64,000 nucleotides of DNA. It comes from Candidatus Delongbacteria bacterium. Its GTDB lineage: Bacteria; UBA4055. Each line of letters opens with the position of its first letter. The stretch's first letter is position 1. Both the position numbers and the translations under genes were made by a program. This document shows positions 46,466-56,833 of the stretch, one piece after another. A model generated the notes under the pieces. That model ran no database searches. It worked only from the letters and a program-made list of their open reading frames with translations, and was not told where the DNA came from. The DNA lies in assembly GCA_016937995.1 (NCBI GenBank), contig JAFGVM010000057.1, forward strand, positions 1-64,000, in the 5' to 3' direction.

Positions 46466-47389
46466 TCATTTTTTCTTTATGTCTAAAATATTATCTAAAT
46501 TTATTCCGGCAGTTAAGTTGAATTCAGTATCGAGCTCACCGTTTATCAGGTAAGTAAAATCAAAATAATAAGCATTGAACGGTATGGACAGCCCAAGTGA
46601 TGTCCCTGCAAATTTTTCTATTTTTTCATTAGAACCGATTTCTTTATCAGCAAAACTAAAATCATATCCTGCTCTGATCAAAAAATGTTCTTTAGGCTGA
46701 AATTCCAAACCTGCACCGTAAGTGTAGTAATCAGCAAAATAATAACTTGCCTGAAGTCCGACTTCCAGAGGTAGTTTAGTAAGTTTATTTGCGATCCCGA
46801 ATTTTAACGAAGTAGGCAGATCTTCCTTGGTCTCGTTAAATGCATCAAATTGAAATCCCAGATTGTATACCCCTGCACCGATATTGACCTTTCCGCCAAA
46901 AAAATCATTAAGGAAAGTAATATCCACTGCCATACCGGAAGATGAGTAATCTTCGATAGAGCTGTAGAAATATTTTATGTTCAAACCTGTTGCCAGACCA
47001 TCAATAATTTTTGCTGTTGAAGCCATTAGCATCAGATCGTAGGGATGGTATTCAGTATTATTTTCAATATCTAAGAACTTTCCATAATCCAGATAGGCTA
47101 CTGAGAACGCTACAGGAATGTTCTTATAAACTTCTGGATAAACAAAAGTGGTATTGGTAAGATTGATATCGGAAAAATAATTGCTGTACGACAGGTTTGC
47201 AAGCATATCATCAGAATACAATAATCCTGCAGGATTGGAATATACTGAGAATGAACTTTTATTCATGGCAATATCGCTTTTTCTGAGTGCACTGCTTCTG
47301 GAGTCAATGTTCGATTCTGAAATTAAAAAAATTTCAGCAAATGTAAACTTGGCTGAAAGTAATATTAAAATAAATAAGATCCTATTCAT
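46466..47389 (-). CDS. PorV/PorQ family outer-membrane beta-barrel (T9SS-associated)
   Basis: Signal peptide, SRSSAL..., NPAGL, YLDYG, NLGFQ...LPTSLKFG, RAGY; start uncertain. Confidence 0.75.
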   Translation of the reverse strand: MNRILFILILLSAKFTFAEIFLISESNIDSRSSALRKSDIAMNKSSFSVYSNPAGLLYSDDMLANLSYSNYFSDINLTNTTFVYPEVYKNIPVAFSVAYLDYGKFLDIENNTEYHPYDLMLMASTAKIIDGLATGLNIKYFYSSIEDYSSSGMAVDITFLNDFFGGKVNIGAGVYNLGFQFDAFNETKEDLPTSLKFGIANKLTKLPLEVGLQASYYFADYYTYGAGLEFQPKEHFLIRAGYDFSFADKEIGSNEKIEKFAGTSLGLSIPFNAYYFDFTYLINGELDTEFNLTAGINLDNILDIKKK

Positions 47390-47601
47390 TTCTGTTCTTG
47401 TAATTAACCGTATGTAGTTCAAATTAATCTCCATATCAATATATTGTTTAAGTACATAATAAGTCAAGCAGTTTATTTTGACTGATTACAGGTTAATAGG
47501 TTAAACATTGTTTGACACGATACTGTTTCATTAATAAACCTCAAGGAATGATCAGATAAATAAAATCTTGGAATATGAGGACTAATTAATTATGTTTACT
47601 G

Positions 47602-48339
47602 GTGAGTTTAACAAAGAAGAAAAGTGCTATGAATATCGCAATTGAAATAAAAGATCTGGTAAAAAAATATAAAAAATTAGCTGCACTTGATAAATTAGAT
47701 ATCAACATTAAAGAGAATTCTATCACTGCTTTCATTGGTCCTAACGGTAGCGGTAAGACCACTTTGCTTAAATTACTTCTTAATATCGTGAATACTTCTG
47801 GTGGAGAAGTAAGATTTGTTAAACAGTACAAGACAGGTTTTTTATCGGATGAATTTACTCCATATGAGCATCTGACTGTCAGAGATAACCTTAAAGCATT
47901 TGCAAAATTAAAAAAAATACCAAAGAGAGTAATTTCAGAAGAGGTTGAAAGGGTCTTGCTGATCACATTTTTAACAGATGAAAAGAATAAACTATTCAAA
48001 GATCTCTCTTCAGGAATGAAAAAGAAATTTCATTTTGGATTAGCTTTACTAGGAAAACCTGAGCTATTGATCCTTGATGAACCTTTCAGTGCCCTTGACC
48101 TTGTCGGCAGAAAAGATTTTATTGCTATTTTGAAATATCTTAAAGAGAAAAGAGATACAACGATCATTTTAAGCTCACACGATCTGACTAGCATAAGTGA
48201 CTTTTGTGATGAGATAATTTTTATGAAAAAAGGTAAGATAATTTTAGAAACAGACAGTTCGGAATCTTTATCATCATTGAATGAAAAATATATGGAGTTT
48301 TTTCAAGATGATATAGATCAGGCCCTCTCAAATCTTTAG
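47602..48339 (+). CDS. ABC transporter ATP-binding protein (alternative start 47629)
   Basis: GPNGSGKTT, LSSGM, LILDEP, SSH. Confidence 0.93.
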   Translation: MSLTKKKSAMNIAIEIKDLVKKYKKLAALDKLDINIKENSITAFIGPNGSGKTTLLKLLLNIVNTSGGEVRFVKQYKTGFLSDEFTPYEHLTVRDNLKAFAKLKKIPKRVISEEVERVLLITFLTDEKNKLFKDLSSGMKKKFHFGLALLGKPELLILDEPFSALDLVGRKDFIAILKYLKEKRDTTIILSSHDLTSISDFCDEIIFMKKGKIILETDSSESLSSLNEKYMEFFQDDIDQALSNL

Positions 48340-48535
48340 TCACTTGATCTATTTTACAAAGATCCTCATCTTGAAAAATCAATTTTCCCTGAACTATCTT
48401 GTTCGCTACATTTTGATAGTAATAATTTTTTTTTCTTGTGCAAATAGCATAATTACTTTATTTTAAAGTGAATATTGATTCAGTCTTGATAAATGATACT
48501 TAAAATTATAAATATTTCTATAGATAGGATGCGAT

Positions 48536-51500
48536 ATGAAAAGTTTAATATCAATAATACTGGTACTGTGTGTCTCTCTTTCTGCTGCTTTTGTAGATAA
48601 GGATAGAGCACAAAAAGTTGCAGTAAATTTCTATAAGAACCGCTGTCCTGAAGTGACTGCTAAATCAGGTGCAAATGTTGTGAAAGTCATTGAAAATGTG
48701 TATATGGGAGAAGTGACCAGATACACTGTTAAATTCGAACAAGGTTTTGTGATCATTACTTCAAATGATCAACTAAAACCTATTTTAGCATATTCAGACC
48801 ACGGAACTGTTCCAGACCCTGATAAATTGGGTGGTCAGAATTTTAAAGAATGGATCGAAAACTATGACAGACAGCTTTATTGTGGAAAATCCAGTAAATA
48901 TGTTGATGAAGCTGCCGTTCAACAGTGGATAGATATTGAGAACAATGTTTTTCCAAAGTCTTACAATATAGTTGTTGATAGACTCGTAGAGAGTAAGTGG
49001 GATCAAATATATCCCTGGAACGATCAATGTCCTGAAAAGGACAACACATGGACTTATGTTGGTTGCATAGCTACTACAATGGCACAAATGCTAAATTATC
49101 ATCAATGGCCTGTTACCGGAGAAGGAACAGTTTCATATGATTGGAATGGAACAACTTTATCTGCAGATTTTTCAACTTTAAATTTTGATTATTCAATGAT
49201 GAAAGATGAAATTGTGATCGAATGGGGATTATATCCTGAATATTGGGAATCCATGAATATGAACCAATCTGAATTGGATATGCTGGCAAGTCTTTCTTAT
49301 AATATGGGACTTTCGGTTGAAATGGATTATGGTACAACTGCCGATGGTGGTTCGGGACAAACCGCATTAGGTGTTGCAGATGCTTTCATGGATCATTGGA
49401 AAGCAGCTTCTTCTGTTTTTTATAGTTTAGGTACACCATTATTACCAGAAGAAGACGCTGCACTAATACGATCTGAACTTGACGCAAAAAGACCCTGGTT
49501 CTGGGCAGGTGGTCTTCATGCATTCTTACTCGACGGTTATACCAGTGATTACTGGTATCATTTTAACTTCGGCTGGGGTGGAGATTATGACGGTTGGTTC
49601 CAGAGAACTTTTATAATTCCAGGAGGAGTTGGTTCCTGTGATACTGGCGGGGGAGATTTCACTGCAAGTCAGATAGGTATAACATATGTGCCTTTGAACG
49701 ATCCTTTTACAGCATGGCCTGCACCGGAAAATTTTACGGGACAATTATTGAACGATTCAGATGTTCAGCTAACCTGGACAAAACCTTCTACAGGTAACCC
49801 ACTTAGTTACAATATTTATAGATCTGTGGATCACACTGAGCAAAAATTGATCAACAATACAATATCTCTATCCTACAGTGATCTAAATTTGTCAGCTGAA
49901 GACTATGCTTATTCTGTTAAGGCAGTTTATTCTGACGGAGAATCACATTTTACCGATACATACTATGTTCAGATTACCGAGCAAGAAGAATACCCAATAG
50001 CTGAAAATCTGTCTGCGACACCTGTCGGAAGGACCAGTATTGATATAGAATGGACAAAACCATATACCGGTATTATTTTCTTTGAAGAGGATTTTGAAAC
50101 CGGTATGACAGGATGGGTTCAAAAACAATCTGTAGCTGCCGGTGTTAAATCACCTTCTAGAGATTATTTCAAAGATAATATTGATGGCTGGATGTTAGTT
50201 GACTATAGCACATTCAACTCAGATGAATACATTCATAGTGGATATAACGCAACAGGACTTTCTTATTCTGCAGGTTCAAATGGGAATGGTCCATGGAGTT
50301 GGAACTTCACACCGGAATTTACTTTATCTTCCAACGGATTTATCAGTTTTTGGATATGGTATAAGAATAACGAAACAGAAGGATGGCTTACTAACATTAG
50401 AGGTTATTTGTATACGGGCGATTTTACTGAGGCAAACACAATTCAAGCTGAAGCTAATTTGACAAATATATTCTCTTGGGATGGTTCAGTTCTTGGCGAA
50501 GCTGGGAATAATCTCTATGATTCGGAAGTATTTTTCGATATTTCTGCTTACACAGGCACATATAGATTCGGTTGGGCTTATGAGTATACTAATGGTTATC
50601 AGTTAGCTATAGATGATGTCATTTGTGGAAGTAATCAGGGTGGAACTGATGAACCAACAGGATATGAAATTTACAGAAATAACACTTTGGAAGCTACAAT
50701 AAATGATCCAGAAGCAATTTTCTGGTCGGATACTAATTTTGCTGACGGAGATAATGAATATTTTATAAGAGTGCTTTATCCTACAGGACAATCGATCCCA
50801 TCAGACAGGGTAACAGCTTTTATCGACGCAAATCCCAAACCTGATTTTCTAACAGGTGTTTTTAATGATCTAAGCAATGATGTTGAATTGAACTGGTATA
50901 TGCCATACGGAACACCTCCTCACTGGTCAGCATATATTGCTCCAGAAAATTGTACTACGACAGTTGATTATTTAGATGATACTGATTGTGCAAGAAGAAG
51001 AGTTGAATTCAGAGCAGAGGAGTTAGGGCTCTATTATCCAGTTACAATTGATTCTTTAGCAGCGGGATTTTATGAATGGGAAGATGAACCGTGGAATGGT
51101 AATACCTTTGTTATCAGACTATGGGAAGGTCATCCTATTGATGGAGGTGTACTGCAATATGAATCCGGTACACTTACTGCAATTTCCGGAGAAATATACA
51201 AAATAGGTTTACCGATGCAGGTTGTGGTAAACGGGGAATGGAATGTTGAAGTAGAGGCATTGGACGTAACGACCGGTCACCCATCAACTCTTGCTGGTCC
51301 TTCGACTTCTGGAATAAACAGTTATTTTTACTATACTCAAGAGAGTTCGTACAATTATTATGTTTCATCCGGTGGAGAACCTTTGACATACTGTATGATA
51401 GCTCATGTTACAAGTGGAGACCCCGATCCAATTGTTAAATCTGGTTGGACAGCAGAAAAAGAACTCGTTGAAAAATTACCAATGATCGACAATAGGGTTA

Positions 51501-51979
51501 GAAAAATTGCAGACCTGAAAATTTCAGGAAAAGGATTGGACTATTATAAAATTTATAGAAATGATGTGATAATCGGTACTTCTACAACTACAAGCTATAC
51601 AGATAACTCTCTTGTATACGGAACTTATACATATTATGTAACAGCCTGCTATTTAAATCCGGTAGGTGAGTCAGATGGAAGTAATACTGTTGAAGTAATT
51701 GGTGGAATTGATCCTCCGGGACCTTTTCTTAATCCGGTTCCAAGTGTTTTAGGGAATACATTAACAATATCATGGGATCCCTTAGCCGAAGCAACAGGAT
51801 ATAATATCTATTCGTCAACAGATCCCTATGGAACATTCACTTTGGAAGATTCAGTAGTTGGTACGACATGGGAATCAACAATAATGCTGGATAAGAAATT
51901 CTTTTGCATAACAGCAACAAATGAAATGAAAGAACCTATGAAAGAAATTAGGGTGAAACAACCGGGTCTAGTTAAGTAA
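48536..51979 (+). CDS. Secreted C10 (streptopain-like) cysteine protease with Fn3-like and cleaved-adhesin-like domains
   Basis: Signal peptide, propeptide (ILAYSDHG), WDQ..PWN.CP, catalytic VGCIATTMAQ, HAFLLDGY, HFNFGWGG; repeated YxIYR Fn3-like units; EDFE...AIDDV domain. Confidence 0.9.
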   Translation: MKSLISIILVLCVSLSAAFVDKDRAQKVAVNFYKNRCPEVTAKSGANVVKVIENVYMGEVTRYTVKFEQGFVIITSNDQLKPILAYSDHGTVPDPDKLGGQNFKEWIENYDRQLYCGKSSKYVDEAAVQQWIDIENNVFPKSYNIVVDRLVESKWDQIYPWNDQCPEKDNTWTYVGCIATTMAQMLNYHQWPVTGEGTVSYDWNGTTLSADFSTLNFDYSMMKDEIVIEWGLYPEYWESMNMNQSELDMLASLSYNMGLSVEMDYGTTADGGSGQTALGVADAFMDHWKAASSVFYSLGTPLLPEEDAALIRSELDAKRPWFWAGGLHAFLLDGYTSDYWYHFNFGWGGDYDGWFQRTFIIPGGVGSCDTGGGDFTASQIGITYVPLNDPFTAWPAPENFTGQLLNDSDVQLTWTKPSTGNPLSYNIYRSVDHTEQKLINNTISLSYSDLNLSAEDYAYSVKAVYSDGESHFTDTYYVQITEQEEYPIAENLSATPVGRTSIDIEWTKPYTGIIFFEEDFETGMTGWVQKQSVAAGVKSPSRDYFKDNIDGWMLVDYSTFNSDEYIHSGYNATGLSYSAGSNGNGPWSWNFTPEFTLSSNGFISFWIWYKNNETEGWLTNIRGYLYTGDFTEANTIQAEANLTNIFSWDGSVLGEAGNNLYDSEVFFDISAYTGTYRFGWAYEYTNGYQLAIDDVICGSNQGGTDEPTGYEIYRNNTLEATINDPEAIFWSDTNFADGDNEYFIRVLYPTGQSIPSDRVTAFIDANPKPDFLTGVFNDLSNDVELNWYMPYGTPPHWSAYIAPENCTTTVDYLDDTDCARRRVEFRAEELGLYYPVTIDSLAAGFYEWEDEPWNGNTFVIRLWEGHPIDGGVLQYESGTLTAISGEIYKIGLPMQVVVNGEWNVEVEALDVTTGHPSTLAGPSTSGINSYFYYTQESSYNYYVSSGGEPLTYCMIAHVTSGDPDPIVKSGWTAEKELVEKLPMIDNRVRKIADLKISGKGLDYYKIYRNDVIIGTSTTTSYTDNSLVYGTYTYYVTACYLNPVGESDGSNTVEVIGGIDPPGPFLNPVPSVLGNTLTISWDPLAEATGYNIYSSTDPYGTFTLEDSVVGTTWESTIMLDKKFFCITATNEMKEPMKEIRVKQPGLVK

Positions 51980-52098
51980 AGTAACAGTTTGATTTGGTCG
52001 AGATCAAATATATCCAACTTTATTTTATCTTGACTTTTGAGTTAAAATATTTATATTTTGGCTACTGATAATAAAAAAAAGCTTCAAAGGAGCACAAA

Positions 52099-52368
52099 AT
52101 GAAAAGAATATTGGCAATAATTTTTATCATGGCATTATCACTTAATGTTTACGCACAAGTTGACTATGACAAAGAGATAAAAGCGCAAGAAGAGAAGATA
52201 GCTAAGATCGAAACAGATATTACAGATATCGAAGCTAAGATAAAAGCGTCAAAAGAGAAGATTAAGACTACAGAAGAAAAGATCGAAAAATTAAAAAATG
52301 ACAAAAAAGAAATAGAGAATAACATTAAAAAATTAGAACAAGAGATCGAAACACTAAAGAACAAATAA
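52099..52368 (+). CDS. Small exported coiled-coil protein
   Basis: Signal peptide ending VYA|Q; continuous Ile heptads; RBS AGGAG; own terminator. Confidence 0.8.
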   Translation: MKRILAIIFIMALSLNVYAQVDYDKEIKAQEEKIAKIETDITDIEAKIKASKEKIKTTEEKIEKLKNDKKEIENNIKKLEQEIETLKNK

Positions 52369-52389
52369 ACTTACTATTCTCTCTTTATG

Positions 52390-52430
52390 ACTTGAGTTCG
52401 ATCAATATGGTCAAACTCAAGTTTTTTTTT
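52390..52430 (+). terminator. Intrinsic terminator
   Basis: ACTTGAGTT..GATCA-ATA-TGGTC..AACTCAAGT followed by a T-run. Confidence 0.8.
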
Positions 52431-52468
52431 ATCAGGCTGTTAATAATTGAAATAATAACGGACTAATC

Positions 52469-53320
52469 ATGGAAGTAGTTAGTTTAAGTAAGATACTTGA
52501 ATTGATCGATAAATTACCTAACTATCCAAAAGATATTCACCAGATAAATAAAAATCTCAAAACTGACAACGATGATTTCACTCCCGTAATTAATTACGTT
52601 AATTCAAATAAAATATTCTCAAAAATATTTAATAATTTTATTCCTGAATCAAAAAGAGAGCTGGGCTTATCTGAGAACCTGCCTAGCATAATTAATAAAC
52701 TTGGCGTAACTAATCTAAGAAATGTTTTGTATACATGCTCGGTATTAGCATTAAATGAAAATGAACAAACCGCTCTTGTCCTAAAAAAAATCATAATAGC
52801 AGCACATATCAGCAGAGATATTATCGAGAAGATAAATCTGTTCAGAAAAACAAAACATAATCCTGAAAATTTTTATCTTTATGCATTATTCCATGATGTT
52901 GGAGAATTATTCGCAACAATGTACTTTCAGGAAGAGCTGGTTCAGACAGTGTTTGATTCAAATGAATCAATAGACCTTGATGACATTAATGATGTTGTGC
53001 ATCACAACGAGATCGGGTATATGATGATAAACAAGTGGGAGCTGCCTTCAATTTTTTCATATATTTGTCTGAATCACACTAAACTGGAATACCGTAAATT
53101 TACAGCTGATTTTATTTTTATCATAAATGTTCTGGCTGTTGCAGATGCTTTAGCTATGGAGATATTTGATTTTAAGAAACCGCTTATTAATAACTGGGAT
53201 GTTGGTCATTCAATATATAAGGTAGGACTTAGAGAGGATGATGTTTATACTGAGGCCGGTATTATTGGAGCTGTAAATAATAAGATCCCGAAGATTTTAT
53301 CGTTATACAATCTAAAATAA
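52469..53320 (+). CDS. HDOD domain protein
   Basis: KLPNYP, YVNS, LGVTNLRN, ALFHDVG, HNEIGY...KWELP, LAVADALA. Confidence 0.85.
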   Translation: MEVVSLSKILELIDKLPNYPKDIHQINKNLKTDNDDFTPVINYVNSNKIFSKIFNNFIPESKRELGLSENLPSIINKLGVTNLRNVLYTCSVLALNENEQTALVLKKIIIAAHISRDIIEKINLFRKTKHNPENFYLYALFHDVGELFATMYFQEELVQTVFDSNESIDLDDINDVVHHNEIGYMMINKWELPSIFSYICLNHTKLEYRKFTADFIFIINVLAVADALAMEIFDFKKPLINNWDVGHSIYKVGLREDDVYTEAGIIGAVNNKIPKILSLYNLK

Positions 53321-53379
53321 AACACTCGTTTTTAGATAAGGAAGACCGTATGAAACTCAGAAAAAATAATTTAAATGTA

Positions 53380-54618
53380 TTATTCAAAGATGTCGGTTAT
53401 CCCGACTGCTTTTATATAGGATTTAAGATGAGATGCAGCTTCATTGATTTTTTGTATACAGGCAAATGAATTACATGCAATATATTTTACACCTTGCTGA
53501 GTATAGTTACCTAGAAATTTATCAGTGATATTTTTACGCGTATCGTAATTTTCAATGTTATACAACTCGGAAGCTCCGCAACATTTATCATCATTAAAGT
53601 GAATGATATTATCCTTATGAAAAACAGAATCCACAGTAGAAACGATCAGATCTTTTATATTCTGCTCCTTATAAGTTCTGAGCATTGCATGTGTTGAAAT
53701 TTTCTCAGAGAATCTGGGACTCAGAGGAATATTTTCTTTTCTTATAAACTCGATGGAATTCATCACAGGGATCTTAAAATTTCCGACTTCAAGAAAATTA
53801 CGGTATTGATTGTTAAGCATTTCCGTACAATTTGAGCATTGGGTTATTATAGCCGAAACATCTTTTAAATTGTTGAAAATATTCAAATTTTTAAGAGCAT
53901 TATTTTTAGCCAGTTTTATTGATCCATTATCCAGCAAAGGTGAACCGCAACAAACCTGATTTTCAGGGATTAGAACTTCAATTCCATTTCTCCTCAGGAT
54001 ACCGATCAAATGATCTGAAGTCTCGGGATAATTAAAATTTCCACCACATCCAAGGAACAAAGCAACTCTTTTTTTCTGTTCTCCTACAAGCTCATGTCTA
54101 TTATTCATATTGAAAAAGAACCTTTCAGGTAAAGGTGGTAGAATTGCGGAATTAGGTAACTTTAGAATGTTGTATACAAATTTTCCAATAAAATTACGTG
54201 TGTTCAAATCATTTTTATTTATAACTTTTCTAAAATATCTTAAAATCTTATGGGATAAATTACTCAATGGTATGCTTGAGTTAAACAGATACTTCAGAAA
54301 TGTTACCCTGAAGTATCTTGTTTTACTTAGATTAATGTCAACTTTAGCAGCTGTTATCAGATCAGCATAATTAACATTTGCAGGACAGATTTCTACACAT
54401 TTCCTGCAATTTAAACAGGCATACATTTTACCGGAGAGATTTTTAGTGAAATTAAGTTCTTCCGAGATAAGTCCATGGATCAAACTTATTCTGCCTCTCG
54501 TCGAAGATGATTCTGTACCTTCTTCAAGAAAAACAGGGCAAACCGTCCTGCAGGTTCCGCAAAGAGTACAGATATCGGTCTCAGCAGAATACTTTTTTAA
54601 ATATTTTAAATCCGCCAT
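53380..54618 (-). CDS. GlcF/HdrD-like (Fe-S)-binding protein with CCG domains
   Basis: CTLCGTCRTVCP, CLNCRKCVEICP, FLGC, QVCCG, KCCGA. Confidence 0.88.
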   Translation of the reverse strand: MADLKYLKKYSAETDICTLCGTCRTVCPVFLEEGTESSSTRGRISLIHGLISEELNFTKNLSGKMYACLNCRKCVEICPANVNYADLITAAKVDINLSKTRYFRVTFLKYLFNSSIPLSNLSHKILRYFRKVINKNDLNTRNFIGKFVYNILKLPNSAILPPLPERFFFNMNNRHELVGEQKKRVALFLGCGGNFNYPETSDHLIGILRRNGIEVLIPENQVCCGSPLLDNGSIKLAKNNALKNLNIFNNLKDVSAIITQCSNCTEMLNNQYRNFLEVGNFKIPVMNSIEFIRKENIPLSPRFSEKISTHAMLRTYKEQNIKDLIVSTVDSVFHKDNIIHFNDDKCCGASELYNIENYDTRKNITDKFLGNYTQQGVKYIACNSFACIQKINEAASHLKSYIKAVGITDIFE

Positions 54619-55661
54619 TCAGGTTTTTCCAGGTAAATATTTTCTAATATTGAAGTCTTATCAAGGGTTTCTGAATACAAATCTAGACTGATATCCAGAT
54701 AAAATAACCTTTCGTTAGTTTGAAATTCCTCAGGCAACTTAACAAAGTCCTTCAGAGTAGTTATAATATAATCAGCTCCAGTTTCCAGAATAGCATTAAT
54801 GTCGTTTATTGAGTAATAGTGATGGTCTGAGAATGATCTTTTACCGGAAACTTTCATATTCTCGAAGGAAGAATAGAAATTATCAGGGTCACCTATGCCA
54901 CAAAACAGATAAATATTTTTATCATGAATGCTATCCAAAAGAATTTCTTGCTGATTATTTTTTATTCTATCAGCATTGACATAAGAGATCAAAACTTTTT
55001 TCCCGTACTTTTTCAGGTATTTCAATTTCGGAATTAACTTTTTATCAAGAGAATTAACTTTTGAAAGAATTAAAATATCCGCGGAATTAAGTCTGAAAAT
55101 AAAATCCCGTAAAATACCAAAGGGGAGAAGAAACTTATTGCCAAGAAACCTTCTTTCATCCACAAGAACTATATCGATGTCCTTCTTGATCTTCCTATGC
55201 TGGAATGCATCATCAAGAACAATAAATTCCGGATCGAAATTCTCTATGGCAAAGTTTGATGCTGATACTCTGTCAGGATCACAAATTGTTGGAACACCGG
55301 TCGAAGAAGCTATAATTAAAGGTTCATCTCCAGAATTAACTACATTTCCCAGAAGAGTTTTACCGTCATGAACAACGATCTGATCGCTGCTTTTCCTTTT
55401 ATAACCCCTAGATACTACAACTGTCCTTTTACCAGCTTTTAACAACTCATGCACAAGACTGATAACAGTTGGGGTTTTCCCTGTACCTCCGACAGTAATA
55501 TTTCCAACAGATATGATCTTTCCGGGAACTTTGTATGATCTGAATATTTTCAGTTCGTAAAGTGAGTGCCTTAAATAAACTGCGATAGAATACAACGTTG
55601 TAAATATCAAAAGTAAAGGAGATAGTAAAAAAAAGTATATTTTGTTTTTAAAAAGTCCCAT
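54606..55661 (-). CDS. lpxK: Tetraacyldisaccharide 4'-kinase
   Basis: SVGNITVGGTGKTP, SRGY, GDEP, DDAFQH, FSDHH, TTLKDFVK. Confidence 0.97.
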   Translation of the reverse strand: MGLFKNKIYFFLLSPLLLIFTTLYSIAVYLRHSLYELKIFRSYKVPGKIISVGNITVGGTGKTPTVISLVHELLKAGKRTVVVSRGYKRKSSDQIVVHDGKTLLGNVVNSGDEPLIIASSTGVPTICDPDRVSASNFAIENFDPEFIVLDDAFQHRKIKKDIDIVLVDERRFLGNKFLLPFGILRDFIFRLNSADILILSKVNSLDKKLIPKLKYLKKYGKKVLISYVNADRIKNNQQEILLDSIHDKNIYLFCGIGDPDNFYSSFENMKVSGKRSFSDHHYYSINDINAILETGADYIITTLKDFVKLPEEFQTNERLFYLDISLDLYSETLDKTSILENIYLEKPEWRI

Positions 55662-55673
55662 AAGCTGTTAAAA

Positions 55674-56447
55674 TTATTTCAAAGTGTACCAGTCCAATTC
55701 TGCTACTATTGATCCAAAGAAAAGTTTTGTCTCCATTTTAGCAGGCATTTTTTTATCATCATCGGTCAACCATACCTGAACTTTTCCATCCTTTTTAAAA
55801 ACACCGCCATCGGCCATTATAGGCTCTACCACTATACATTCGAATTTGCCTGCCTTTGTCTTGATCTTTTCCTTCCTCAGGACAAGAACTTTTATGTTAT
55901 AGATCTTAGTATTATCAGTTGCAGGTATTAATATTTCCTGCCCAAGTTTCAGATCCTGCATTCTTACAAAGAATAGAGATGAAAGTGCATCTATTACATT
56001 TGGAGGGATCTTAATTTCTTTTCTTTTATTTTTTTTCCCTTTTCGAACTCTGAAATAATTCGCAGTGTGATTTTCCTGATCATAATCAATTTCAATGTCA
56101 ACGTGGTAAGATCCTTCCCTTAGGTGTTTTTCGAAACGCACTGATCTAAGTGAGTCTTTATCGAAGTATGATCTTGTCCAGTCTCGGACCTTGTATATCC
56201 AGTTGAACGCATCTCTTGATTTTGCAGTTGTTTTAAAAATGAAACAATCGTTACCTTTGTAATGTTTATTTTCTCTTACTTCAATGGTCGCATAACCTGC
56301 AAGCATGAAACCGTAATTTACCTCAAAATGAAGATATTCACCATTTTGAAAAGGAAAGGTTCTCACCTTTAAAGAATCATCTTTTACCTGAGAATAAGCC
56401 CCGGTAAGATAAATAATAAGAAATATGTAGATTGATTTTTTTATCAT
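55674..56447 (-). CDS. DUF3108 family exported protein
   Basis: PFQNGEYLHFEVNYG..AG.A, YKVRD, DALSSLFFVR, VWLTDDDKKMP. Confidence 0.8.
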   Translation of the reverse strand: MIKKSIYIFLIIYLTGAYSQVKDDSLKVRTFPFQNGEYLHFEVNYGFMLAGYATIEVRENKHYKGNDCFIFKTTAKSRDAFNWIYKVRDWTRSYFDKDSLRSVRFEKHLREGSYHVDIEIDYDQENHTANYFRVRKGKKNKRKEIKIPPNVIDALSSLFFVRMQDLKLGQEILIPATDNTKIYNIKVLVLRKEKIKTKAGKFECIVVEPIMADGGVFKKDGKVQVWLTDDDKKMPAKMETKLFFGSIVAELDWYTLK

Positions 56448-56452
56448 AGGTT

Positions 56453-56833
56453 TTATGAGATAATGGCCCTATTCCCGTCAGTTTTGATTACTTCAGCAAG
56501 TTCTTTTCCTGAATAATTGTTTCTTTTAGTCAGGAATGAAAGGATCATGGAAATATTAATACCTGAAACTGTAACGATCCTGTCACTGGATGAAGAAACC
56601 TTTCTTGATGCAATAAAACAACTTCCTCCAGGAAAATCAGTTGCGAGAATGTAAAAACTGTCAGGATCAGATTTTGTTATATCCTCGATCATCTTAATTA
56701 TATCTTGAAGGGAGAGGTCCTTATTAGATATTGTGGAAATAAATTCAGGTGAAAAATTCCCGACGATCTTTTTTGCAATATTTAACAATTCTTTCCCGAG
56801 TTCACCGTGGGATATTATGATCATTTTATTCAT
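56453..56833 (-). CDS. PTS EIIA component, mannose/fructose family
   Basis: IIISHGELG, TDFPGGSC, VSGINISM. Confidence 0.88.
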   Translation of the reverse strand: MNKMIIISHGELGKELLNIAKKIVGNFSPEFISTISNKDLSLQDIIKMIEDITKSDPDSFYILATDFPGGSCFIASRKVSSSSDRIVTVSGINISMILSFLTKRNNYSGKELAEVIKTDGNRAIIS

